NCBI GenBank assembly: GCA_951406725.2
Contig: OX597815.1
Span: 93,992,001-94,056,000, forward strand
Length of the DNA stretch: 64,000 bases
Reading direction: 5' to 3'
DNA from: Octopus vulgaris
Taxonomy: Eukaryota
Both the position numbers and the translations under genes were made by a program. This document shows, piece after piece, positions 13,084 through 26,099 of this stretch (position 1 is its first letter; each line of letters starts with the position of its first letter). Below the pieces are notes generated by a model. It was not told the origin of the DNA. It made no database searches and worked only from the letters and a program-made list of their open reading frames with translations.

Positions 13084-15124
13084 ATCACACACAGTCTAAG
13101 TTATATGAAATATATAAGAATATACAGAATTATTTAAAACTTGAAAGGTGGTTTGTAGTGATTAGTTGACCACGAAAATTGACAGCTGTACTTCCATACT
13201 CTCAACAATAGCTGTCATTTAACTTATTTGACATAAACAGGAAACAGTAGTCAGCAACAGAGAAAATAAAATACACAAAATATTTTAAAAGCTCTTTTAA
13301 GAAACAATTTATACTCTCTACATAGTAATAATAAAAATAGGACCAGAAGCAGTAGTTGTAGATGTTCAGCCTCATGTCAATCCTGATTGAGCAGATCTAT
13401 GCATCATCAAATGTATTTTAGCTATGACCATCCGTAACAGTTCATCCAGACATTATTTAATGTCTTTTTTCCACAATGTTTTAAATAAAACACACACATA
13501 CATACATACACATAAGCTTCCTAGAGTTTCTGTCTACTAGAGGATTGGTTTGCCTGTAGTAGTCTACTTACCCTAGATGCTGTGCAGTGGGACTGAACCT
13601 GAAACCATGTGGTTGCGAACTTCTTGACCACACAGACATTTCTTGTGGCCTGATTTTTCCTTCACATTGACAGGAGATATTTCAAACACAGTCAATCATG
13701 TAGATATTTTTTGTCTATTACCTAGGTAATTTAATTGATACTGGTGGTGGGGTAGTTGTGAAAATATAAGAATAAGGAAGGAGTGGAAGAAATTTAGGGG
13801 GCAATTGCTTTTGTTAGCACTAAACAGTTTCTACCTTTGAATAAATACTCGAGTGTATGTGTCATGCGTGAGCAGTGTGATGCTTATATGTCAGTGAAAT
13901 ATAGTTATTAAATAGCTAAAACTAGGTGAGGTAACAGGGTTAATGTGCAGTTTTAGCTGTTGGAAATCAGTGGTTGGAGGGAAACATGAGCAGCGAGGAA
14001 GGTAGAACAGTATACTGTGTGATTCTGAGAATAGAATATTGGATAAAGAAATTTTGCATAAAGTTGGCAGTGAGAGGAAATGGGACACAGATGGGCTTAT
14101 TGATGAGAGGAGGAGAGACAAGATATAGGATATTTAGTAATCAAGTTTAAACAAACAGAGAATGGTGCATTTTGTTATAGACAAATTCTTGGAAAATAGG
14201 GTCTGTCTATTTTAGACTGCTCTCAAAATGCAGAGGTACTAAGAGAAATATCAACAATTGAGAAACAGAATATAAATTTTAGTAATAATATATTAAGTTT
14301 ATTGCATCATCATTCAGTCTCCCTAAAAGTGGGGAGATATTTTGGTTGGGTCAATATAATTGAGAATCATTAAATGAAAACTTCAGTTAGATGGATATGG
14401 AAACAAGGTGGTATTCTCTTTAAGAAAAGCATCTCTTATTATAAAAGGCAGATTTTATCTGCCTCCCTTTGGGAGTTATAGAAATCTACAATATAGGATT
14501 TCTTCAATTACAATTTACCTAGCATTTTTAAGAGTAGAATGCATCGCGTCATGCCAGGTCCAGTTTTTAAAATTTAAACTCCAATTAAGCAAAATTTACA
14601 GAAAACTCACATTCTGGTGTGTGTGTCAAATGCTTTTCTTAGTCTGGTTTACACCACACGCAAACGCACACACACAGTGGCCAACGAATAAAATGAAAGT
14701 AATTGACTTACTGTAGTGAGTGATTCTTTCACTCTGCCTCCCACTTCCTCTTTCCACACATAGACACGCAAATATATAAATAAAATTGTAAGCTAACGTG
14801 CGTGTGTGTGTGAGGGTGTGTGTGTGTGCGTGTGCGTGAGTGTGTGACAGGAAAGTTTTTTACGACGAATATAAGACCTATATCCAAGTAGCAGAAAGAT
14901 AAGACAGTAAGGTGTGATTTGGGGGAAATTTGGCTGCTATTTCTACCAGGTCTAGCTACCATGTAGAGGTCCCCCTCATTGGCTTATATATATATACATA
15001 CATAAGACAGTAAGGTGTGATTTGAGGGAGATTTGGCTGCTGTTTCTACCAGGTCTGTTAGGCCTTCTCATGTAAACTCAAGCTTTTCTCATGCCTTGAA
15101 CATAAGACCAAAGCAGAGAATGTA

Positions 15125-15345
15125 TTCTTTTATTCTTCTGCTTTTTCCAGCCATTGGTCTGTGGCCATGCTGGGGCAATGCCTTGAAGAATTGTAGTTTA
15201 ATGAATCAACTCCAGTTTTATTTTTGTAAGCATTGTACTTATTCTATCTGTTTCCTTTGTCAAACCACTAGGTGACAGGGATGTAAACAAACCAACATTC
15301 GTTGTCAAGCAGTGGTGGAGGACAATCACAAGCACAGACACGCAC
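15125..15345 (-). mobile_element. 3' half of CORE-like SINE family
   Basis: Reverse complement of the tail of the element at 58078-58460. Confidence 0.7.
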
Positions 15346-15418
15346 ACACACACACATACATGCATACACATATACACACATACATACATACATATATATA
15401 TATGTGTGTATATATATA

Positions 15419-15677
15419 TTGCAGCGTGGAAGGTGTTTGTAAGCCATTTAAGAAACACACAAAAACCGTTACATTCACTTCAACATTTAAATTTAATTTG
15501 CCAAAATATTTTCGTCGCTTTGAGACCGCGACCTGTTCACTGACAAAAATATCGTGCTAACAGGTCGCGGTCTCAAAGCGACGAAAATATTTTGACAAAT
15601 TAAATTTAAATGTTGAAGTGAATCTAACGGTTTTTGTGTGTTTCTTAAATGGCTTATAAACACCTTCAACGCTGCAA
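15419..15677. repeat. Near-perfect palindrome with 119-bp arms and 21-bp spacer
   Basis: 15419-15537 is the reverse complement of 15559-15677 with about 4 mismatches. Lies between TA microsatellites. Confidence 0.97.
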
Positions 15678-15737
15678 CTGTTTTCGTTCCAGCACACGAT
15701 CTCAGATCAAGTCACTTGCTATGCAAGTACATCTCTG

Positions 15738-15792
<55 letters not shown>

Positions 15793-15855
15793 TGGTAAAA
15801 ACAGTAAGATAACAAAAGAAAGAAAGAGACCTCAATATTATGTAAATAGAGGAAA

Positions 15856-16249
15856 TCTTTATATATAAAAGTGAGGTTGTGTGTCTGTCTCCTACGATTT
15901 AGATTCCTAACTACTCCCACATTTTGCGGTGCAGTTTAACCAAAACCGGGTATCTTATAGTCGTGATTCATATTGAGACCGTCTGGGTATTAGCGCGCGT
16001 CTACGATGAGTCTACGATTTAAAAAAAAATTTACCATCAATTTTTCCCATTTTTAATCCATTTTTGACATATATAAGGGAAGTAACTCTCTAAAATTTAT
16101 TATTAAATCTCAGAACGTAAAAAGCTACAGTAACACCCCTCCCCTTTGTGGTTAGCCATATTGAGATGGCTATTATACTTTACATCTCTAAAAATGCTTA
16201 TATAATTATTTCCCTTACAAACCCGAGCAACGCCAGGCGATACTGCTAG
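15856..16249 (+). mobile_element. Non-autonomous Helitron
   Basis: A|TC 5' end (TCTTTATATATAAAA), subterminal hairpin CCCGAGCAACGCCAGGC, 3' CTAG|T, no TSD. CpG-rich relative to the flanks. Confidence 0.85.
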
Positions 16250-17179
16250 TTAGTGATAAGAGTAAAATGAAATAAATATGACCGTAGAAAATTAAGAGCC
16301 ATATTGCAGGTTTACTTCACTAACAGCTTATTTCTACACTATTGTATTAAAACAATCTTATTAAACAGGTTATGCAGAAAAATACCAAAGAAAACGTGCT
16401 CAATTCATACAAGTTCCAAAATTAGGTCAAATAATCAAGTCAAAGCAGCACTAATAAATGACTAACACCGAGTAAGAAATCTTAACATTACAGCAGTACC
16501 TCAATACAATTGCTAACAAGTTTAAATAAACAGAAGTTAGTAGTTTCTTTTCAGCTATTATTTATTTGTTAAAGAAACACACACACACACACACCCTTTT
16601 CATTAGAAACTAACAACTAAACCAGTATCAAAAATATATGGATCAATGGGGTGAGGGCACTCCTTCAAATTTATATTTATGAAAATATGAGATGTATTTT
16701 CTCATATGACAACTTACTAGGTCTTCTTTCTTGAATGACTTACATAACAGGAGCATTGCTGATCAGAAAGGAGTGGAGTATAGAAGACAGTGGTCTGTTG
16801 ATGCACTTTTAAAAAGGTTCACTGATGTAAAAGTACTCTGGAGACACCTCAATGGCCAAAATGTTCATAAAGATGAATCAACAAGAGAAACATCTATGCA
16901 ATCAACTGACCTGCTAGAAACAGCAGCTGAATCTCATTCATACTACATTATCTTAGAACAAAGATGCATCAAATAATGTCTGGAAATACAATAAGACAGG
17001 ATGGGCAATGTTAGAACATCTTTGATCTTAAGCTTGCCTGATGAGGACTGACCTGGGACTAAACAAGAACATAAACAGAAACCTCCAAAAGACAAACAAC
17101 TTTTTTGTAATCATTCAGTGTAATATATACTTCTTGAATGTTGGTATCACCTGTTTTAATTTTCTGTTAATTAAATATT

Positions 17180-17354
17180 TCTTTATTGCCTACAGGGGTC
17201 TAAACAAGGACAAAGAGATTAAGTCGATTACATTCACCCCAGTGCGTAAATGGTACTTTGACCTCAGTGGAATTTGAACTCAGAATATAACAGCAGACGA
17301 AATACCACTAAGCATTTTGCCTGGCGTGCTAACGTTTCTACCAGCTCACCGCTC
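17180..17354 (-). mobile_element. tRNA-derived SINE with 17-bp target-site duplication
   Basis: TCTGTTAATTAAATATT at 17163-17179 and 17355-17371. The head GCGGTGAGCTGGTAGAAACGTTAGCAC..GAGTTCAAATTCC is shared with the 61035 family. Confidence 0.88.
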
Positions 17355-18269
17355 TCTGTTAATTAAATATTAAAACTAGCCTGTTCCATCTTTGTCACTG
17401 CCTTATTTCACCATCTACAATCACTTCTCAATATCACCATTTAAAATGAATGCACTTGACTCTCTAACAGAACTCTCAGTGTTTTAGATATCCAGCAGCT
17501 CTGCTACCAGTAGTCCAAAATACATCTCATTCTCCTTCAGTGACCCAAGTTTCATAGTACCTCCTGTATCATTCATAAACAGTAGTGGTGGTGGTGGTGG
17601 TAGTAGTAGGAGTCATCCTCCACATTAATTATGTTTGCATTCTACAACCACATGGTTCAGAACTACTGAAATCCATAGAACCCAGAATCTACTAAAATCT
17701 CGTTCAAACTATTTCATTGCCTTCATAGCAGATCATGAACAGACATCAATAAATCCAATACTACTTTTTATGCAAAACTGATTACATTGAATATACTATG
17801 TTTCCTCCCAGTGGTATGCTGTCACTCCACTCTTTTCTGTTCATTGGAATTGGATGGTCTTGTACCTCTTCCACTCAGGCACTCCAGGTCCATTCAGCTC
17901 TCCATTTCTCAAAATATAAAGTGTCTTAATACAAGCATTCAAATCTCTCTTAAATTACTGTCTTAAAAAATAAAAAGACATAACATGGTCTCAAAAATTT
18001 GCAATGGAGTAAAATCCAGAATCTGAAGAAACTGGCACCAGTCTGTACTAAAATGCCTCAATAAATATAAGTACAATCAGAGTTGGAAATATCTTAGATC
18101 ATAATATCTAGATCAAGGCTGACCTAAGACTAAATTACACCAACAACATAAAATACAAAGTTTATACTCTAAGTGTATAATTTGAAACCTAGATTTTAAT
18201 GCACTATCAACATGCAAAGACAGAGCAATACAATTTATAAGAGAGACATATATAATATTGGTTACTCAC

Positions 18270-18340
18270 CTGCGAACAAGAAACAAACTGTTCAGATTCT
18301 GTTGGATGGCATTGTGCAGACCAAACTATGCTGGAATGTG
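18270..18340 (-). CDS. WDR77: WDR77/MEP50 coding exon, equivalent to exon 5
   Basis: Polypyrimidine tract then cctacttcag acceptor, donor CAG|gtgagt, 71 nt. Reads HSSIVWSAQCHPTESEQFVSCSQ, in frame with the previous exon. Confidence 0.92.
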
Positions 18341-19251
18341 CTGAAGTAGGAAGGGAAAGAGAAAAAGAAAAAATATAAAATCCCATTAATGAAAGTTTTG
18401 TTATCATTATTACAGCAGAGGATTAGCAGAATAGTCTTACAATTTCTTCTGATCAGTTCTAAATTCAAGGTCAACTTTGCCTTTTGTCTATTCATCCAAT
18501 CAAATACTAGAGTTAATATAATCAACTTCTTCCCTTTAAAATTGCTGGCCTTGTGCCTAAATTAAAAACCATTGTTATAATTTTGACAGATTTGTTAGAG
18601 CACTGCACTGAGCAAAATATTTTGCAGTATTTAGATTAAGCCCTTCATGTCCCAAGTTCAAACCTTATTGTGGTCAATAAAAGTACAAGTCAAAAAAGTA
18701 TGGTCAGTATAACTGACTGTTCCTTCAATCAAAACTTCTGATCTTGTGTCTACATAAGAAATTATAATCATTATTTAGTTAGAGGAGAATATGGTTTCCC
18801 CCATGCCTGTTACCTTTGTAGCCCACCCACAAAGCGGGGGTGGGCTAAACAACTGATAAAAAATGCTAACCAGGACTTTGCCTATTGACTAAGCAGGTAG
18901 AGTTGAAGTTCAACCTGATAACCTACAGGTTGCTCTGATTACATTGAAAACCATAGAGAAGCCTCTATGCAATTGCTTGGTTATTAGAAATGACAAGCAA
19001 ATTGTCCTCAAACTGCATCCTACCATTGGAAATAAAATGAGTAACAAAGGTTCCTTGTTCTAAATACACAATCAACTAACAAAAGAGTGTTGTACTTATG
19101 AGTCCAATGTCACAAGTCATGAAGTGCACAATTTTTGTCTGAAATAATTTGCTCTGTGATTTATAGTTTTTAGTTTCATGTTGAATTTTTTCTTGTTTTA
19201 TTCTAGTGTTTGTGTAATATATGAGATGTGTTCTGTTATATGAATTTTTTT

Positions 19252-19465
19252 TTAACTCTTTAGCATTTAATCTGGCCATATCCAGCCAAAATATCCTACC
19301 TGTTTTATGTTCATATTGACCTGATTTGGCTTCTGACACCAACCCTACTATATAATTCTAAAGATTAACAGTTACCTCATCAAAATCTCTGTGCTAGAAG
19401 ATAATTCAAAACAATGTGAATGAATAAGCATTGCTTTTGACAAAAAGTGATTGTGAAAGGGTTAA
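19252..19465 (-). mobile_element. piggyBac-like MITE family A, copy 2
   Basis: TTAA at both ends; reverse complement of the 4426-4652 / 35313-35538 sequence. Confidence 0.8.
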
Positions 19466-19712
19466 AGATATATTTGTTATTTTGTAATCAGTGTACTTGG
19501 TTCTTGTAGTATATAAGATATGTAACTTTTTTACTTTTAATTGCTGCTGCAACTAAGGTACCTGTTATCAACTAATATTTGGTGCAGTCCTTGGATCCAC
19601 TGAATCCTTCCAAATTGCTCAACTTATGCTAGCACAGAAGATGGCTGTTCAATGATAAGGTTTTACATGCAAAGATGTCCTTTTTTAAAGTTTCTTTAAT
19701 GAATGAAAATTT

Positions 19713-19777
19713 AAAAGCATGTCCAAGTTGAAAATTTCATAACAAAGTCATGAAATTTACAACTTGGGCATGCTTTT
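19713..19777. repeat. 65-bp inverted repeat (31-bp arms, 3 mismatches, 3-nt centre)
   Basis: AAAAGCATGTCCAAGTTGAAAATTTCATAAC-AAA-GTCATGAAATTTACAACTTGGGCATGCTTTT. Confidence 0.92.
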
Positions 19778-22033
19778 TTAAAAGTACAATGCTTTCACAT
19801 CAGTTGACCATGCATTAAAAGGGCATCATAGCAGCTTATTTCATAAATGAAATAAAAATTTAACAGAGAAACATTGGTTGGCAGGAATATAGTTCAAAAT
19901 AGAATTCCCACAAAATTAGAATAACTATGGAAATCAACACAAATACATCATAAAAATCATGAAATCTACCAGAACTTGAGTGTTGTAGAATTTTAAAATC
20001 TAGTGTTAACATTTATCTAACATAATTGTGTATGAGCACATCAAACAAAATTACCCTGTGGTATTTGGGTACTGTGTAACAGATTAGTTAAACTTAACCG
20101 TTTCATAGACAACATACTGTAGTAGATATAACTGACAAAAACACTAGAAGACAGTGTCCCAGTATGGCCATAGGCCAATGACTGGAACCAGCAGAAGAAT
20201 AATAAAATAGATTCAGAACATCATTAATTTCAGGGTTTAGCCAACATTTATACTGTTGTTTAATTTATGTATACATATCACTACTCAATAAAGTACTTGC
20301 ACTGAGAGACACCCCCTTTATAAGTTATCAACTAGAAATTACAACTTGTCTAGCATCATTCATGAGTGTAAATCTTTCCAGCAGAGCCAAGCAGCTTTGA
20401 TGGTACCAGGGAATGTCTGGGTTCTCTATATTAGAAAAATAATCTACTTGCTTTCTTTTAAAATATCTTTTCCTCTCATTCATATCTCTAGCATAGTCAT
20501 CATACTATACTCCAACAGGGAAGGGATAGCTACCACCACCAGCTTTGCACTACATGTTACTCCACATCACTATCCCATCATTTTCATTCCATGCCTTTTT
20601 CCCATGCTGGAATGCACTGGACAAGTCTGTTCTCTTGCATTCTATATTATCTAACCCAGACAAAAACACTGAAAACTAGCCAACTTTGTGGCTATATAGT
20701 TTTTAGTGTGAACTAGGTGCATTTTATTGAAACACCAGCACTAGAGAGGCAGTCAATGTGGGAAAATTGAATTGTCTTCCTAGACAAGTAATTTATAATG
20801 CAGCTTGCAGGGTCCATCTGTATCTACATAACAGTGATGTAAGAGGGAGAGGAATGTTTTAAATATTTAATAAGAGGACATGATGGTGATCTGATGTTGC
20901 TTGATAAACATGAAATTCCATTATGTTGGCAGAGGTAGGAAGGCAGGTGTTGCAAAGGTATCCTGGATTGGGAGTGATGTCTCTATAATATTACAAAGAA
21001 GAAATCTAGAGAACTTGCAAGAAAGTTATGTTTGTATAAGAATGAACACTTGTAGGCATAGACATGTAGAAATATTTAGAGAATTACTAGGAGATGCCAT
21101 TCACATGTAAAAAAAAAAAAAAAAGTTGGTGTAAAGTTTTTAATGTTCCCTGCATCAAATATAGTAACTAGAAAAAGGAAATATGTGGTAAGGAAAAGGC
21201 AATATTAGTTGTTGACTAATATCTTTTCATTAGTCAATATTTTGAGATTTCTAGATAAACAGCAGGCAATGTAAGTAAATTGTTTTGTAATCAAAAGGCA
21301 ATGATTACAAAACATCCAGCTTATGATCAGCTATTCAGAACTACAATGTGGAAAGTGTTAAACCAGACAATTTACTATTTCCAACATTTAATCTCTCAGC
21401 TTACCTACTCCATTATGTGATTCTCTTGTTTGTTTGTTACAGAATGCCAACTATGCAGTCTATTTTTCAACACTACTATTTATTTTGTAACTTCAGTCAT
21501 ACACACCTTTGGGAAGTGAGGTAGAAAGAAAAGAAGCTAAACAATTCCCCACCCTCTGGTAGGGGGTGAGGGAGACTATTTTCTGACACCAAGTCAATAA
21601 ATCAGGAACCACTCCAGTCAAATTATCCTCCCACCATCTCCTTTATCAAACCCCCATTTTTTTTCTTTTTGATTTTGAGTTTTTCTCACATTTCCATCAT
21701 AGTTGAAACAATGCTGGAGATAAGACCAAAAAAGAAACATTCAGTCTAGACAGAACAGATATGTAAAGACAGATTCCTGAGCTTCATGGTTATATTATAC
21801 TTATGTATAGAAGGAAAAGTAGCAATAACAGTAGTTGTAATAATAACAATAATAATTACGCTACATCAAATAACTGCAAGCAAACATCAAAATTATAGGT
21901 GTGTGTGTGTGTGTGTGTATGGGAGGTGCAGGATCAGAAATATAATTTTAAAAAATATGCTATATTTGGCTAAATCCCTTTTGGTTTCATCCTTTGAAGA
22001 TCAATTAAATAAGAGCCAGGCAACAAATACAAG

Positions 22034-22326
22034 GTGGAGGCACATGGCCTAGTAGTTAGAGCAGCAGACTTGTGGTTGAGGGATCGCGGGTCTGAATCTC
22101 AGGCCGGGCAATGTGTGTGTTTATGAGTGAAACACCTAAGCTCCACGAGGCTCTGACAGAAGGTAATGGTGAACTTCTGTCGACTCTTTCGCCACAACTT
22201 TCTCTCACTCTTTCCTCCTGCATCTTGCATCGCACCTGTAATGAACTGGCGTCCCGTCCAGGTGGGGAACCTATACGCCAAGGAAACCAGCCCTTGTGAG
22301 CCAGGCATGACTCGAGAAGGAACAAA
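22034..22326 (+). mobile_element. Full-length tRNA-derived SINE with 13-bp TSD
   Basis: A-box TGGCCTAGTAG, B-box-like GGGTCTGAATCTC, domain ACTGGCGTCCCGTCCAGG, (AAC)-rich tail. CAACAAATACAAG duplicated at 22021-22033 and 22327-22339. Confidence 0.9.
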
Positions 22327-22939
22327 CAACAAATACAAGAGTTGATATAAAGAATTTATACCTTTGAAGGTAGTATCCTAGTATGGTCACAATCCAATAA
22401 TTGAAGCTAGTAAAAAAAAAACCCTCTCTGCCTCTCTCTCATTGCTTGCAACTGAGTATAACTTCACATCAACATGCAGCAAACAGTTTGCTGTTTATTT
22501 AATACCCATGAATGTGCAAGCAGGCATCTTCTGACCCAGCAGAATGTCCAAAATGTGGTGGCTGGGAGAGCACATGACTAGTACTTCATCTTTCATCCTT
22601 CCAGGATTGATCAAACAAAGAGTTTGACAAATACTGCAAACCAATGATCAAAGGTATTACAACTATGAGCAATGTACTTAAGACAACATTACTCAATGCC
22701 CTGAAGACAGGATGGTTGGGCTGAAAACAAAGTCAAACAGCTAAGTAACTATTAATACTTGCTATAGCTAATGAATCTAATAAATGCAAAATCTCCAATG
22801 ACAATATAGTGTGGGCTACATTTAGCTTCTTCTGGCCTCATGAGTATTGAATTTTTATGGATGATAAGCTATGCAATCAACATCTATTTTGGGATTGGTA
22901 AATCCCCCATCCAATACCAATTGTTTGATCTATCAGAAT

Positions 22940-23605
22940 AATCTCCCATGACAGATAAACATGCCACACCACAGCACCATGGGGACTTCTTTTTAAAATG
23001 TGCCTCCTATAAACCATCCTGCAGCTGTATACCAACATACTCCTGCTCCAGCTTTCATTACTTTTCCAGTTCTTCCAGAATAAGTGTGTTACCCTAGAAC
23101 AGTAAAAAGTTGCCAATGTTATTCCCCCTGTTCAAAAGGGGGGCCCACACATCACCTGTCAATTACTGTAGTCATTCTCACAAGCTGTACCACCAAATTG
23201 ATGAAGTCATTTGTCAGAAAGACACCCAGAAACTTCTGGAACTCTTATAAGCTTATTCTGCCTTCACAATTTGGATTTATCCCAACTCTAGCTACTAGGA
23301 ATTCCTTCATTAAATTTCCTGAAGACATCACTTGAATCATCCATAGGTATGCTCATGGCTGGATGTTATTCAACTCAACTTCGCCAAAGTCTCTAAGTCC
23401 CTGCTACACAAATTATGTAAGGCAAAGTTCTTTGCAATGGGCATGAGGATTAATCTTTATAACTGTTTGAAATCCTTCATTTTCATGTTTATTTTTTGGG
23501 GTGTGAGTAGTCACAACACTAGGACAACATTCTGCATCTTATGTGATGACATCTGGTATTCCACAGGAATCTGTTTTGGGTCCCCTGTTATTTGCTGTAT
23601 AACAA
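22940..23605 (+). mobile_element. Degenerate CR1/L2-group LINE reverse-transcriptase fragment
   Basis: Broken frames give ANVIPLFKRG, TSCTTKLMKSFV, PSQFGF, LNFAKV and TSGIPQESVLGPLLF (the GVPQGSVLGP motif). Confidence 0.85.
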
Positions 23606-26099
23606 TGAAATAAGAGCCAACTTAAAGCATGTTATCATCATCATTATTTAACAGATTTTCCATGCTGGCATGAATTGGACGGTTGACCAGAGCTAGCAAG
23701 TTGAAGAGTTGCATGAGGTTCCAGTCTGAATTCACTTGATTTCTACAGCTGGATGTCCTTTCTAATGTCAACCATTTTACAAAGTATGCTGAGAGCTTTT
23801 TACATGTCATTAAGCTATACCTTGAGGTATAAAGAATGTTATAGAACTTAGCTGCAATCTGATCTGGACAAAATACAATGATTGCTGAATGGCAACTTAA
23901 CCTGTCTGTGGACAAGTGCACCATTAAATATTTTAAGAGGAAAATGTTTATTTTGTAAATTAGGCAAGAGTAGCCTGCAACACTTGGGCTGCATATAACA
24001 TTTTGTGTTTTTTGTACAGTACAGGAATTACATAAATTTTTTTTTTAAATCTTTAGGGTTGATTGTTCAAATTTAATTTTTCTCAATTTTATGATTTTCT
24101 ATACAACATGCATTATTAGTTAAATTATTTTTAGTAGTGAAGTCTCATTCACAATGAGCAGTATTTCATAAAGCCCACTGTAAGAGACTGGTTGTCTATA
24201 TTTGCTGTAAAGCAATCTGATGTAAAACTCAATATTTGCATTGTCACTACCCAAGCTCCAATGGCAGAGCATTGCTCTTTAGTTAAAGAGCAACATCTTA
24301 ATGAAAAAGAAAAACAAAACGCAACAAATATACATTTGCTAAAGTGACCATCTATAAACAGATTATATTTTAGTAAACATGTGAAATATAGGTAACTTGG
24401 ATTAGAGTTAATTGTATTTTAGTTGCTCAGAGTGAATATTCTAACCATACCAAATCTTTTTTTCAGGCATTGCATACATTATCTAAATATACATGTCTTT
24501 TTAAAAAATGTTTTTTTTCAAATAAGACTGTAGGGTATAAATAGAATTTGGTTGCTATCTCTAGCAGATAAACCAATTACATAGAACTTCTCTTATTGTC
24601 TCATATTTGTATATATCTTTTCAGAAGACAAAATATTTCATCACAGATGCCATAGAAATTGAAGTAACTTAATAGTAGCTTTAATGAAATTTATATCATA
24701 TGGCTTGCTATTTTCATAGAAAACATCAATAATAAAAATAAATGTCAAAATGTTCTTGGCAGTAAATAAATCATAAGAGACTAAGGATTTTCTTCAAAAA
24801 TTCCTCAGAAATAAAGCAACAGTGGAGGGGTAGAAGTTATTAAAAAAAAGCAAATATTTTAATTACTCTATAATAATTTGAATTTAGTCTTCCCTCTTGT
24901 GAATTAATAAAAAACAATGAAAGTACACCCCAGGAATGAAAGCAACTAAGTACTGTGATATGGCATTCTCTTCCTGCAGACTTCTCATGGAACATTCAAT
25001 TCTGTCCATCTGAAACTTTTCACTTATTTTCTATACTTTTGGAAGAGAGGTAGAGTGTGTTATGATCTTAACTTTCATTTATCTATTCTTTCAAGCTGAA
25101 CTAGAATCAATCACCAATGGAAGGATATTGCTGAAAGTCCAGCAAGAAAAACAATGACAGCATCTCATGTTCATGTGGTTATTTTTTGTGTGTGCATGCA
25201 GATATGCCCAACACTTCAGTTTTAATGGCTGCTGATTCAATTCAACAAAACCAAATATTTTTTTTACAAAAACTTTCCAATCAAATTTGATTATAAAGAA
25301 TGAATTTATATTTTTAGTAATGGACAAGCTAGAATTAAACTGTAAAGTAGTGCTTTTGTGCAAATTTAAAAATGCTATCCACAAAAGTGAATAACAGAGA
25401 ACTTAGTGGAGATTGAACCCACAGATCATTTATTGGATACTTTGAAGCAGTTTGGCTTTGATAGTTCTACATGTTTTATCCGGACTGTTTTCTGCAGATA
25501 CACAAACTTCGTTTTTACACATTATTTAGCTATAGTATCAAAGTTGAGAGCAATTACACATTTAGATGTACAGATGTGTTACCATGAAAGTGGACATAAG
25601 AGAGTTTATAGTATCACAGTAATTACATCAAAAGGCCAACAGTAAACAGTCAATTCCCATTAGGTTTCCATTTTTATCAATTTTCATGTATATCTAAACA
25701 CACACATAGGCTGTTTAAACAAAGCTGTAAATGTAAATACCATAATGATCCTAGAGTGCATTACATCATTCAATATGATTGTGACACTATTGAAAATATC
25801 TTTAATTAGGGGGAGTAGAATTAAATATCTTATTCACAAGATGCAGTGTTAGTTTGATGTTATCTACTTTTGATCCAAGTCATATCTAAACAAACACTTA
25901 AATTGTAAGTAGGGTGCCTATGTGTGTTTAAGTGAAATATAGTCTATAGTTAAACTAAATAGACTGAGCGAAAAGGAGTTCAGTAGGAAAGACCAAGGAA
26001 ATGACAAGTACAAGCAAGTCGACTGATATCTGTAGTGCAGTAATATTTTTACCTCACACATCATCTGTGATAGCTAAATCAGTGCCTAAAAACCATTCC

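Noticed and set aside
15500-15600. Active hammerhead ribozyme
   Set aside because: A stem followed by GAAA is present, but the required CUGANGA core is not.
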